This document shows positions 8,673 through 17,413 of a stretch of 39,781 nucleotides of DNA, in pieces; within the stretch, counting starts at the first letter, position 1, and the number at the start of each line of letters is the position of its first letter. The position numbers and the translations under genes were made by a program. This DNA is from Vicingaceae bacterium. Its GTDB lineage: Bacteria > Bacteroidota > Bacteroidia > Flavobacteriales_E > Vicingaceae. Under the pieces are notes generated by a model, which saw only the letters and a program-made list of their open reading frames with translations, made no database searches and was not told the DNA's origin. The stretch lies in assembly GCA_041603555.1 (NCBI GenBank), contig JBFIEB010000001.1:1-39781 (forward strand), written 5' to 3'.

Positions 8673-10001
8673 ATGAAAAACCTTCTTCTTTGTAGTGTTT
8701 TTGTTTGCGCAATATTTAATGTACAGGCTCAAAACGCTACCCGATCTACCTTCACTTTTAATTATGTAAAAGGATTATCAATTCAAGAACAGTTAATGCT
8801 TGATAGTGTTTATCATAATATGAGTAATCAAAATTACCACTGCTTTAATTTGATTAATAAAAAAGAAATTGCTGCTTATCAGCAATCCAAATTACTTCGC
8901 TTAGTTAAAGCTAGAGCAGCTTCTGTAATTACATATTATATGAATAATCAGGATGTTGACCCTCAAAATGTATTCGTAAAATATGGCGGTCAAATGCCAT
9001 CATTATGGTTACACAAACCTGTTGGGAGGCTTACTGCTAGCGGAGAAATTACCTTAGATAAAGATATTCAGGAATGTTTCCCTTTTAATACTGCAACAGG
9101 AGGAATGATTACCTCAAAGCATGGAACCCGTTTTTATTTCCCTGCCAATGCATTTGTTAACTCAGAAGGTGTGATAGTAATTAATGAAAATATTAGCATT
9201 TGCTTGTACGAATTTTTTGATAAAAAAAGGCTTGTGTTTTCTGGATTAACTACCGATGCTTCTGGTAAAATGTTAGAATCTGCAGGTTCTTTTTACATCG
9301 AGGCAAGCCTTAATGGTATTCCTTTAGAATTAAGTCAGGGTGAATCCTACACAGTTGAAATGTCCGCTGAAAAATCATTCCCAGATATGTTCACCTATTA
9401 TGGAGATACAAAAGATGGTATTATCGATTGGACGATAAACAAAGATGAACCCGCAGTGAAAAATACAGCCTTAATTGAAACTCCTGAAGAGAAAAAATCT
9501 GAACAAGAAATCCTACCACAAAACATATACAATAATATTAGAAAGCAAATCAATAATAAGGATGCTATAGCAAGTGAATGGGACAATGAAGGAATTTACG
9601 ATGATGAATATATTGAAAGTGAAAGAGCCGTAGATTTTTATGAAATGTCTGCGGGAAAACTTGGCTGGATCAATTGTGATCGCTTTTATGAAGTAGAAAA
9701 CAAAACAACATTGGCCGTAAAGGTAGATAACAAAGAACCAATGATTGTTAGAATCGTATTTAAAGATATTAACTCTGTAATGCCTTGTTACTCTGATTCA
9801 AACCATAAAGGTCATTATAAAGCGACTGGAATTCCTAAAGGAGAAAAAGTATTGGTATTAGCTTATTCCGTAAAAGATGAAAATGCAATACTAGGTTATA
9901 AAGAAGTGACAATTGGAGAAAATGATACTGAGTTTATTACTTTGAACCACTTATCTAAAACTCGTTTTGAAGGTGCTGTTTCAGAATTATTAAGTTTTTA
10001 A
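8673..10001 (+). CDS. Secreted hypothetical protein
   Basis: The track ORF begins at 8541, but ATG at 8673 gives a canonical signal peptide, MKNLLLCSVFVCAIFNVQAQ. I recognise no family. The N-terminal ~100 aa faintly resemble an OmpA-like fold (RAASVITYYMNNQDVDPQNVFVKYGG). Confidence 0.7.
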   Translation: MKNLLLCSVFVCAIFNVQAQNATRSTFTFNYVKGLSIQEQLMLDSVYHNMSNQNYHCFNLINKKEIAAYQQSKLLRLVKARAASVITYYMNNQDVDPQNVFVKYGGQMPSLWLHKPVGRLTASGEITLDKDIQECFPFNTATGGMITSKHGTRFYFPANAFVNSEGVIVINENISICLYEFFDKKRLVFSGLTTDASGKMLESAGSFYIEASLNGIPLELSQGESYTVEMSAEKSFPDMFTYYGDTKDGIIDWTINKDEPAVKNTALIETPEEKKSEQEILPQNIYNNIRKQINNKDAIASEWDNEGIYDDEYIESERAVDFYEMSAGKLGWINCDRFYEVENKTTLAVKVDNKEPMIVRIVFKDINSVMPCYSDSNHKGHYKATGIPKGEKVLVLAYSVKDENAILGYKEVTIGENDTEFITLNHLSKTRFEGAVSELLSF

Positions 10002-10063
10002 TTTATTAAGAAGCAACCCAAAGTTTTAAAATTACGTTCTATGTGAAACTGAAATTTTTACAT

Positions 10064-10774
10064 ATGAAACTATCAATACTTTTTACTACAACAGCATTAA
10101 TTTTATCTAATCTCAGCTTTTCACAAAGTTATACTGAAGGAGCTGATCTTCCTGGAACAGGGACTGGCCCGGCATTTACGGTTGCTGCTCCGTTTATTAC
10201 AATAGCAGGAACTTTAACCACTCCAAATGATGGTCAGGATAGGTTTCAAATAGTTGTTCCAAGTAACTGTGCTATTTTTGGAGTAGCTTATAGTATAACA
10301 GATCAATTTAGCTTGGGGCTGACTGGTTTTGCTCAGTTTGGAGTAGGAAATCAAATGACAACCCCTCCTCTTTCTGGAAGTTTTACAGGTGGTCCAACGG
10401 GACCTTTTCCAGTAGGACCTGGAACCTATGATTGTATGATGATAGCTAACATTGCGTCACAAGATGTTTGGCAAATGGCTTTTCAAGCTACCTGTACTGT
10501 AGGTGATGGCCAATTTGATTTTGAATGGAATGAAGCTAAAATATTTCCAAACCCTGTAATAAGTCAATGCAACCTTTCATTTAAAGCGAAAGGAAATGTT
10601 GTTGTCCGTTTAACAGATGTTCAAGGGAAGTTGATATTTGAAGACCTTAGAGGTGATTTAAATGGCCCAACTATTTTTAATTATGATATGAATAACTATG
10701 AAAATGGTGTCTATTTTTTACAATTAACAAATGGAGATGAAACCAGCAGCCTAAAGATGATTAAAAATAGGTAA
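10064..10774 (+). CDS. Secreted hypothetical protein with T9SS C-terminal sorting domain
   Basis: ATG at 10064 gives the signal peptide MKLSILFTTTALILSNLSFSQ (the track uses GTG 10043). The C-terminal segment KIFPNPVISQCNLSF...NGVYFLQLTNGDETSSLKMIKNR is a T9SS CTD. Confidence 0.75.
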   Translation: MKLSILFTTTALILSNLSFSQSYTEGADLPGTGTGPAFTVAAPFITIAGTLTTPNDGQDRFQIVVPSNCAIFGVAYSITDQFSLGLTGFAQFGVGNQMTTPPLSGSFTGGPTGPFPVGPGTYDCMMIANIASQDVWQMAFQATCTVGDGQFDFEWNEAKIFPNPVISQCNLSFKAKGNVVVRLTDVQGKLIFEDLRGDLNGPTIFNYDMNNYENGVYFLQLTNGDETSSLKMIKNR

Positions 10775-10790
10775 GCAAAATACCAGAAAT

Positions 10791-11243
10791 CTATATTTTT
10801 TTCACCTTAACGGCATTCATTCCTTTAAGACCCTGTTCAAGTTCAAAGGTCACTTTGTCTCCTTCCATAATTTCGTCAATTAATTGACTGACATGAACAA
10901 AGTATTTCTCCTGATTTCTAGTATTTATTATAAAGCCGAAGCCTTTGGATGTATCAAAAAAGTCAACTCTACCTTCTAAATCACCATCAAATGCTTCCTC
11001 GACTTCTTTTTTAGGAATACCTATTTCAATATCGCTTGCTTTAATTTTTTCTACCTTTTTATTTGGATCTGGTGGTGTATCAGAAATGTTACCAAATTCA
11101 TCAACATAAGCCATCATGTTGTCCAAACCACCCCCGGTGGAGTTTTCTCTACGTTCTTCAGCTTTTTTCTTCTTGTCTTCACGTTTTTTTAAACGTTTTT
11201 TCTCTTTTTCTTTCTTATTAAAGCTTTGTTGCGATTTTGCCAT
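10791..11243 (-). CDS. Cold-shock-domain protein with long basic/acidic N-terminal extension
   Basis: The C-terminal 65 aa (GRVDFFDTSKGFGFIINTRNQEKYFVHVSQL...GLKGMNAVKVKKI) form a CSD with RNP1-like KGFGFI and RNP2-like VFVHV equivalents. The N-terminal ~85 aa are K/E/R-rich (KKEKEKKRLKKREDKKKKAEERR). The likely start is ATG 11243 (the track uses TTG 11252). Confidence 0.85.
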   Translation of the reverse strand: MAKSQQSFNKKEKEKKRLKKREDKKKKAEERRENSTGGGLDNMMAYVDEFGNISDTPPDPNKKVEKIKASDIEIGIPKKEVEEAFDGDLEGRVDFFDTSKGFGFIINTRNQEKYFVHVSQLIDEIMEGDKVTFELEQGLKGMNAVKVKKI

Positions 11244-11262
11244 ATCATTCAAAAATTTTTCA

Positions 11263-11270
11263 CAAAAGTA
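11263..11270 (-). promoter_or_regulatory. Bacteroidota-type -7 box (TACTTTTG) upstream of the CSD-protein gene
   Basis: The minus strand reads TACTTTTG, matching TAnnTTTG, 20 nt upstream of ATG 11243. Confidence 0.35.
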
Positions 11271-11340
11271 AACTTATTTTAATATTATTCTTCTATTTCT
11301 AAAAAAGGATTACCCCCCCCTTTGTTTTTTAGTTTACAAC

Positions 11341-11371
11341 AAAAAACCTTCAACAAACTGCTGAAGGTTTT
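11341..11371 (-). terminator. Rho-independent terminator after the pyrR-pyrB-cyclophilin unit (hairpin flanked by A/T runs on both sides)
   Basis: AACCTTCA-(N9)-TGAAGGTT stem. On the minus strand it is followed by TTTTTT. Confidence 0.6.
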
Positions 11372-11389
11372 ATTTTGAAGTAATTTATA

Positions 11390-11821
11390 TTAATCAATAA
11401 CTTCTACGCTATTCATTTTATCACCACCTTGAATTAAATCTATTACATCCTCCCCTTCTACTACTTTTCCAAAACAAGTATGATTCCCATCTAAATGGGC
11501 AGTGTTATTTCTACTATGGCAAATAAAAAATTGGGATCCACCAGTGTTTCTACCCGCATGAGCCATTGATAATACACCTCTATCGTGATATTGATTTTCG
11601 CCATCTAATTCACAATCTATTTCGTAACCTGGTCCACCTGCTCCAGTTCCATCTGGGCAACCACCTTGTATCACGAAGTCAGGAATAACCCTATGAAAAG
11701 TTAATCCATTATAATAACCTTTTTTCGCTAATGTTGTAAAGTTTTCTACTGTTTTTGGAGCATCCTTTTCATAAAATTCTAGAGTCATGTCTCCTTTGTC
11801 TGTCTTAATTATTGCTTTCAT
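11390..11821 (-). CDS. Peptidyl-prolyl cis-trans isomerase, cyclophilin type
   Basis: 143 aa with cyclophilin signatures [32 protein letters not shown] and [14 protein letters not shown]. Confidence 0.95.
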   Translation of the reverse strand: MKAIIKTDKGDMTLEFYEKDAPKTVENFTTLAKKGYYNGLTFHRVIPDFVIQGGCPDGTGAGGPGYEIDCELDGENQYHDRGVLSMAHAGRNTGGSQFFICHSRNNTAHLDGNHTCFGKVVEGEDVIDLIQGGDKMNSVEVID

Positions 11822-11837
11822 ATTATTCTTGTTTTTT

Positions 11838-12764
11838 TTATTCTATTTTACCTGCCAGTAAATAGAGTACCGCCATTCTAATAGCTACTCCATTTTGTAC
11901 TTGTTCTAATATAATCGATTGCTTACTATCTGCCACGTCAGACGTTATTTCTACTCCTCTATTTATTGGACCTGGGTGCATTACTGTAATTTCCTTATCT
12001 AAGGAATCTAATAATTTCTTATCCAATCCATAAAGCATAGAATATTCCCTTAGAGATGGAAAAAGCTTCATATCTTGTCGTTCTAATTGAATTCTCAGCA
12101 TCATAGCAACATCACACCAATTTAGTGCTTCTTTCAAATTGGTTATTACTTCCACTCCTAAAGAAGAAATGTATTTAGGCATTAAGGTTAAAGGACCACA
12201 TACCCTAACATTAGCACCTAGTTTTTTCAAGCAAAAGATATTAGAAAGGGCTACTCTTGAATGTAGGACATCTCCTACTATTACCACATTTTTCCCATTC
12301 AAATCACCGTACTTTTCTCTTATGGAATAAGCATCTAATAAGGCTTGTGTGGGGTGCTCATGCGCTCCATCTCCAGCATTAACAATTTTAGCATCAACAT
12401 GTTTTGACAAGAAATCTGCAGCTCCTGGGTTGGGATGACGCATCACCACCATATCAACCTTCATTGACAATATGTTATTTACGGTGTCTATAAGTGTTTC
12501 TCCTTTTGTAACTGAGGAGTTTGATGAAGAGAAATTTAAAATATCTGCGGAAAGTCTTTTCTCTGCTATTTCAAATGAAAGTTTTGTTCTAGTGGAATTT
12601 TCAAAAAACAAGTTTGCAATAGTAATGTCTCTTAAGGATGGTACTTTTTTTATGGGTCGATTAATTATTTCTTTAAAATGATCAGCAGTTTTTAAAATCA
12701 GATGAATATCTTCTTTTGTAAGATATCTAATTCCTAAGAGGTTGCTAACACTTAATTTACTCAT
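11838..12764 (-). CDS. pyrB: Aspartate carbamoyltransferase catalytic subunit
   Basis: 308 aa with [13 protein letters not shown] (carbamoyl-phosphate site), HPTQALLD and the [11 protein letters not shown] motif. Confidence 0.95.
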   Translation of the reverse strand: MSKLSVSNLLGIRYLTKEDIHLILKTADHFKEIINRPIKKVPSLRDITIANLFFENSTRTKLSFEIAEKRLSADILNFSSSNSSVTKGETLIDTVNNILSMKVDMVVMRHPNPGAADFLSKHVDAKIVNAGDGAHEHPTQALLDAYSIREKYGDLNGKNVVIVGDVLHSRVALSNIFCLKKLGANVRVCGPLTLMPKYISSLGVEVITNLKEALNWCDVAMMLRIQLERQDMKLFPSLREYSMLYGLDKKLLDSLDKEITVMHPGPINRGVEITSDVADSKQSIILEQVQNGVAIRMAVLYLLAGKIE

Positions 12765-13311
12765 CTTCCGGTGTGTATAATGTTACTTTATCTTCTCCAT
12801 CTGTTTCTTTCCAACTCACTTTAGCTCGTTCTGAAATAATGGTATGCACATTTTTACCTATATAATCTGCTTGTATTGGCAAATGCCTTTCATACCGCCT
12901 ATTAATTAATACTAGTAACTCCACTTTTTTTGGCCTTCCAAATGCAAGCATAGCATCTAATCCTGACCTTATTGTCCTTCCTGTGAAGAGTACATCATCT
13001 ACCAGAATAACTTTCTTATCTTCAATATCGAAGTTCATTTCAGTTTTATTCGGAATAAGAGGGTTTCCTTGCCTTCTATAGTCATCTCTATAAAAAGTGA
13101 CATCTAATGATCCCGTTTGAATATCAAAGTTTTTATCTATCGCGTTTAGCTCTGATTTAATTCTATTAGCTAAGAATACACCTCGAGGTTGGAGGCCAAT
13201 AATAATGGCGTCCTTAAAATCGTTATAATTTTCAATAAGTTGATGTGCTAGCCTTTTAATGGAAAGATCAAACTGAGTAGAATCTAGTATTATTCGATCG
13301 TTTTGCTTCAT
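12757..13311 (-). CDS. pyrR: Bifunctional pyrimidine operon regulator / uracil phosphoribosyltransferase PyrR
   Basis: 184 aa. The PRPP-binding motif is VILVDDVLFTGRTIR and the PyrR-typical C-terminus is RHLPIQADYIGKNVHT. It overlaps pyrB by 8 nt. Confidence 0.9.
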   Translation of the reverse strand: MKQNDRIILDSTQFDLSIKRLAHQLIENYNDFKDAIIIGLQPRGVFLANRIKSELNAIDKNFDIQTGSLDVTFYRDDYRRQGNPLIPNKTEMNFDIEDKKVILVDDVLFTGRTIRSGLDAMLAFGRPKKVELLVLINRRYERHLPIQADYIGKNVHTIISERAKVSWKETDGEDKVTLYTPEDE

Positions 13312-13318
13312 TAAAGCA

Positions 13319-13326
13319 CAAAGATA
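13319..13326 (-). promoter_or_regulatory. -7 box (TATCTTTG) only 8 nt upstream of the pyrR ATG
   Basis: The minus strand reads TATCTTTG, matching TAnnTTTG. This implies a leaderless or near-leaderless pyrR mRNA. Confidence 0.35.
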
Positions 13327-13360
13327 TAATATTTATTTAGAAAAAACTTTTTCTTATAAA

Positions 13361-13392
13361 AAAAGCCTTTCTAGATATCTAGAAAGGCTTTT
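13361..13392 (-). terminator. Rho-independent terminator after rpsA (perfect 32-nt palindrome)
   Basis: AAAAGCCTTTCTAGAT/ATCTAGAAAGGCTTTT. On the minus strand it runs into a T tract. It lies 20 nt downstream of the rpsA stop. Confidence 0.7.
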
Positions 13393-13411
13393 GTTGTTTT
13401 GTTTAGAAGTA

Positions 13412-15484
13412 TTATTTCTTCTCTCCTTTTTCAAGATCTTGCTTTAAAGCGGATAAAGCATCTAAATCACCTAACGTAGTCTTTTCGACATTATCATTGA
13501 TTTTCTTCACTGCTGTTGAAGCTTTCTTAGCTTTTGTTTTCTTCTCTGCTTTAACTTCTGCTTCTGTTGCTTTAAACATATTAGTATGAGACAATACTAT
13601 TTTTTTAGAGTTTTTATTGAACTCTATAACTTTAAAGTCTGTCTTGTCTCCTACTTTAAGCAAAGAGCCATCTTCTTTTTCAGCGTTTCTTTTCGTTACA
13701 ATCCCTTCTACACCATGATCTAAAGTAACAATAGTTAACCCTTTAGCAGTTACTTCTGTAACTGTTCCAGATTGAACAGAGCCCTCAGTAAATACTGTTT
13801 CATAAACATCCCAAGGGTTATCTTCTAATTGCTTGTGTCCTAAACTTAATCTTCTGTTTTCTCTATCAATCTCTAGGATAACTACTTCCATTTCATCACC
13901 AACATTCGTAATCTCGGAAGGATGATTAATTTTCTTAGACCATGATAAATCCGAAATATGAATTAATCCATCAACACCTAATTCTAAGGCAACAAATACT
14001 CCAAAATCAGATATATTAGTCACTTTTCCTTTATGTTTAGAATCAATAGTATATTTTTTATCCACACCTTCCCACGGGTCTGGCGTTAATTGTTTAACAC
14101 CAAGACTCATTTTGCGCTCTTCTCTATCCAGTGTTAGCACTTGTGCTTCAATTTCTTCACCAACAGTAAAGAATTCTTGAGCTGGCTTTAAATGATTACT
14201 CCAAGTAATTTCAGAAACGTGCACTAACCCTTCTACACCCGGCATCACTTCAATAAATGCACCATAATCAGCTACTACCACTACTTTCCCTTTAATTTTA
14301 TCTCCAACGGCTAATTTTGCATCTAATTTATCCCATGGGTGTTCTTGTAATTGTTTAACACCTAGCGCAATCCTTTTCTTATCATCATCAAAATCAAGAA
14401 TAACAACATTTAACTTTTGATCTAATTCTAAAAATTCTTCTGGATGGTTAATTCTACCCCAAGATAAATCCGTAATGTGAACTAAACCATCAACACCACC
14501 TAAATCAATAAACACACCATAAGAAGTAATATTTTTAACAGTTCCTTCCAATACTTGTCCTATTTCTAATTTAGATATGATTTGTGTCTTTTGCTGTTCC
14601 AATTCTGCCTCGATTAATGCTTTATGAGAAACTACAATGTTTTTGAATTCCTTGTTAATCTTAACAACTTTAAACTCCATTGTTTTATCCACGTAAACAT
14701 CGTAATCTCTAATAGGCTTAACATCAATTTGAGACCCTGGCAAGAATGCTTCAATTCCAAATACATCTACAATTAAACCACCTTTTGTTCTACATTTCAC
14801 ATAACCTTTAATTACTTCTTGTGTTTCTAGGACGTTATTTAATTTATCCCAAGCTTTTAAAGCTCTCGCTTTACTATGAGATAAAATTAATTGCCCATTT
14901 TTGTCTTCCTGACTTACAACAAATACTTCAACCTTATCACCTTCTTTTAAGTCTGGATTATATCTAAATTCAGAAATAGAAATTACTGCTTCTGATTTAT
15001 AACCAATATTAATTACAACATCTCTGTTTGATTTTGCTGTTACTGTTCCTTCTAAAACTTCTTGCTCAGCAATAGATTTTAAAGTCTCGTCATAGACTTT
15101 TTCCATTTCCTTTTGCTCACTAGCTGAATAAGAATCCTCATACTTACCAACTCTATCCCAATCAAAATCTGCCAAAGGCTTTATATCACCTTTTTTCTTA
15201 GATGCTACTTTTTTCGCTGGAGCTTTTTCTATCGCTTCCACCTTAGGTTCAACATTAGGAGCCGCCTCAACTTTTTTTGCTTTTGGAGTTTCTTTTACAT
15301 CTTCAGCTTTCTTAGCTTTAGGTGTAGTGCTTTTTTTAGCAGGAGCCTTTTTCGGTGCCGATTTCTTTGCAGCTGGCTTATCAGTTTTTTTTGTAGCAGC
15401 CTTTTTCGCTATTGGCTTTTTTGTAGTGGTCTTTTTTGCTGCTGGTTTTTTTTCTACAGCATCTTCTTTTTCTTCTGTCATCAT
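13412..15484 (-). CDS. rpsA: 30S ribosomal protein S1 with Lys/Ala/Pro-rich N-terminal extension
   Basis: 690 aa. There are six S1-domain repeats (e.g. VLEGTVTAKSNRDVVINIGYKSEAVIS, VIKGYVKCRTKGGLIVDVFGIEAFLPGSQ, VLEGTVKNITSYGVFIDLGGVDGLVHITDLSW). Residues 1-100 are KKPAAKK-type low complexity. Confidence 0.95.
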   Translation of the reverse strand: MMTEEKEDAVEKKPAAKKTTTKKPIAKKAATKKTDKPAAKKSAPKKAPAKKSTTPKAKKAEDVKETPKAKKVEAAPNVEPKVEAIEKAPAKKVASKKKGDIKPLADFDWDRVGKYEDSYSASEQKEMEKVYDETLKSIAEQEVLEGTVTAKSNRDVVINIGYKSEAVISISEFRYNPDLKEGDKVEVFVVSQEDKNGQLILSHSKARALKAWDKLNNVLETQEVIKGYVKCRTKGGLIVDVFGIEAFLPGSQIDVKPIRDYDVYVDKTMEFKVVKINKEFKNIVVSHKALIEAELEQQKTQIISKLEIGQVLEGTVKNITSYGVFIDLGGVDGLVHITDLSWGRINHPEEFLELDQKLNVVILDFDDDKKRIALGVKQLQEHPWDKLDAKLAVGDKIKGKVVVVADYGAFIEVMPGVEGLVHVSEITWSNHLKPAQEFFTVGEEIEAQVLTLDREERKMSLGVKQLTPDPWEGVDKKYTIDSKHKGKVTNISDFGVFVALELGVDGLIHISDLSWSKKINHPSEITNVGDEMEVVILEIDRENRRLSLGHKQLEDNPWDVYETVFTEGSVQSGTVTEVTAKGLTIVTLDHGVEGIVTKRNAEKEDGSLLKVGDKTDFKVIEFNKNSKKIVLSHTNMFKATEAEVKAEKKTKAKKASTAVKKINDNVEKTTLGDLDALSALKQDLEKGEKK

Positions 15485-15497
15485 TCAATCGTTTGTA

Positions 15498-15524
15498 TCT
15501 CGTTCAAAGTCAGTTATAACGAGA
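15498..15524 (-). promoter_or_regulatory. Hairpin in the rpsA 5' leader
   Basis: TCTCGTT-(N13)-AACGAGA, a 7-bp stem lying 14-40 nt upstream of the rpsA ATG. Function unknown. Confidence 0.3.
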
Positions 15525-15575
15525 GGAGTTTGTTAAGCCATACACTGAAATACAGCCATTTAATTTTAAGAGCGT

Positions 15576-15606
15576 CAAAAGTATGTTTATTTTATTACAA
15601 AGCAAA
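15576..15606 (-). promoter_or_regulatory. Candidate rpsA promoter: -33 TTTG, 19-nt spacer, -7 TACTTTTG
   Basis: On the minus strand, TTTG is at 15606-15603 and TACTTTTG at 15583-15576. The spacing of 19 nt matches the reported Bacteroidota sigma-A consensus (TTTG-N19-21-TAnnTTTG). Confidence 0.45.
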
Positions 15607-15677
15607 GAATATCAATATATTAATAGCAATTTATTTAATAAAATAACTTGGTTATAGTTTATTGTAAAATCAAAGTA

Positions 15678-15685
15678 TAAATTTG
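15678..15685 (+). promoter_or_regulatory. -7 box (TAAATTTG) upstream of ispH
   Basis: Matches TAnnTTTG and ends 10 nt before ATG 15696. Confidence 0.35.
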
Positions 15686-15695
15686 TTCATGAGTT

Positions 15696-16922
15696 ATGAA
15701 AAATTTTGACATACCCGATTATTATAAAAGCTCTTTCATTTCAACCATAAAAGGTCTTAGAAAGGATAATGATCCTAGAAAAAAAGATTTCACACCCACT
15801 ACTCTTGATTTTGGTTCTGTACAATTTTTGATTGCCCGACATTTTGGGTTTTGTTATGGTGTTGAAAATGCCATTGAAAAGGCCTACAAAGCTGTAGAAG
15901 AAAATCCTGGTAAAAATATTTATTTATTGAGTCAGATGATCCATAACCCAAGTGTTAATAACGATTTAAAAGAAAAAGGTATTCGTTTCATTATGGATAC
16001 TGAAGGTAATCAATTTATTAATTGGGATGAAATAAGTAAAAATGATGTAGTAATAATTCCAGCTTTTGGGACTACAATAGAAATTGAAGAAAAACTAAAA
16101 TCTATTGGATTAACTACTGAAAAATATAATACCACATGTCCTTTCGTAGAAAAGGTTTGGAAACAATCATATAAGCTAGGTGAGAACAACCACACCATTA
16201 TAATTCATGGTAAACACAATCATGAAGAAACTCGAGCTACTTTTTCTCATAGTGATGCTAGTGGTCCTTCTCTTATCATAGAAGACATCCAAGAGGCTCA
16301 ATTTTTAGAAGATGTAATATTAGGTAAGGCTAGTAAAGAAAAATTTTATCAGGTGTTTGAAAATAGATATTCTGCCAACGTTGATATCCTTGCTCATTTA
16401 GATAAAATCGGAGTAGTTAATCAAACCACTATGCTAGCTTCAGAAACACAAGAAATAGCAGATTTTCTGAAAGGTACCATGATAAAAAAGTATGGGGAAG
16501 ATAACTACAAAAAACATTTTGCAGACACCAGAGATACACTTTGTTATGCTACTAATGATAATCAACAAGCAACTATAGGACTATTAAAAGAAGATGCAGA
16601 TTTAGCTATAGTTGTAGGTGGCTATAACAGTTCTAACACCTCTCATATTGTTGAGCTTTGTGAAAAAAAACTGCCTAGTTATTTTATTAATAACGCCAGT
16701 GAAATTAAAGATCAAACTGTTATTCATCATTTCGATTTTCACAACAAAAATCGAGTAATCACAAACCAATACCTACCTAAAAACAGGGATGTTACAAAAA
16801 TTATTTTAACTAGTGGTGCATCTTGTCCGGACACCTTAGTTGACGAAGTATTAGATAAACTCCTTTCCTATTTTTCAACTATAAAATCTAAGACAGAAAT
16901 AATTGAAAGTTTTTCGAAATAA
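15696..16922 (+). CDS. ispH: 4-hydroxy-3-methylbut-2-enyl diphosphate reductase (long form)
   Basis: 408 aa. The three Fe-S cysteines sit in IspH context (FGFCYGVENA, NTTCPFVEKVW, TLCYATNDNQ), with HEET, VVNQTTM and SSNTSHIVE motifs. An N-terminal ~45-aa extension and internal insertions resemble the cyanobacterial/plant-type enzyme. Confidence 0.95.
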   Translation: MKNFDIPDYYKSSFISTIKGLRKDNDPRKKDFTPTTLDFGSVQFLIARHFGFCYGVENAIEKAYKAVEENPGKNIYLLSQMIHNPSVNNDLKEKGIRFIMDTEGNQFINWDEISKNDVVIIPAFGTTIEIEEKLKSIGLTTEKYNTTCPFVEKVWKQSYKLGENNHTIIIHGKHNHEETRATFSHSDASGPSLIIEDIQEAQFLEDVILGKASKEKFYQVFENRYSANVDILAHLDKIGVVNQTTMLASETQEIADFLKGTMIKKYGEDNYKKHFADTRDTLCYATNDNQQATIGLLKEDADLAIVVGGYNSSNTSHIVELCEKKLPSYFINNASEIKDQTVIHHFDFHNKNRVITNQYLPKNRDVTKIILTSGASCPDTLVDEVLDKLLSYFSTIKSKTEIIESFSK

Positions 16923-16945
16923 GTTATTTTTTTCAACTTCAATAA

Positions 16946-17413
16946 TTATTTTGTATCTGGGTGCTTTGTATTTTTGACGTCTTCAAGTGTTACCTCTCCT
17001 AATTCGTTCCCCCAACTGTTCAAAACATAATTAACAACATCTCTTACCTCTTCATCAGTTAAAGGTTGAGGTGGCATTACACCATTATATGTTACTCCAT
17101 TAACAACAATTTCACCTTCTGAACCATTTAGGACTTGTTCTATTACTTTCTTTTTATCGTTTAAAAAATAATCAGAACCAGCTAATGGCGGATATGAACC
17201 TGGCACACCTTTTCCATTTCCCATATGACATGCAAAACAAGTTGCTTTATAAATTTTCTTTCCAGCAGGATATGCTGTTTCGATTTCTTTTGTTTCTTCT
17301 TTAGTGATTATAATTTCATCATAATCTTTAACCGTTTGTTTTTCTTTCGTTTTGTCGACTCCACAAGAATAAAAAAGTAATGTTATAATGCTTATTATGT
17401 ATAAATTTTTCAC
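16946..17413 (-). CDS. Class I c-type cytochrome, lipoprotein
   Basis: GTG start. The lipobox is LLFYSCGV and the haem motif is CFACHMG, followed by PPLAGSDY and a distal VMPP Met ligand context. Confidence 0.85.
   Translation of the reverse strand: MKNLYIISIITLLFYSCGVDKTKEKQTVKDYDEIIITKEETKEIETAYPAGKKIYKATCFACHMGNGKGVPGSYPPLAGSDYFLNDKKKVIEQVLNGSEGEIVVNGVTYNGVMPPQPLTDEEVRDVVNYVLNSWGNELGEVTLEDVKNTKHPDTK

Noticed and set aside
15185-15484. The reiterated AAG/AAA/GCN DNA in the 5' end of rpsA, considered as a tandem DNA repeat/VNTR or a non-coding low-complexity region.
   Set aside because: I found no exact repeating unit at the DNA level. The periodicity is at the codon and amino-acid level (KKxAAKK), and the frame stays open for 100 codons. 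It is treated as a coding extension in the findings.
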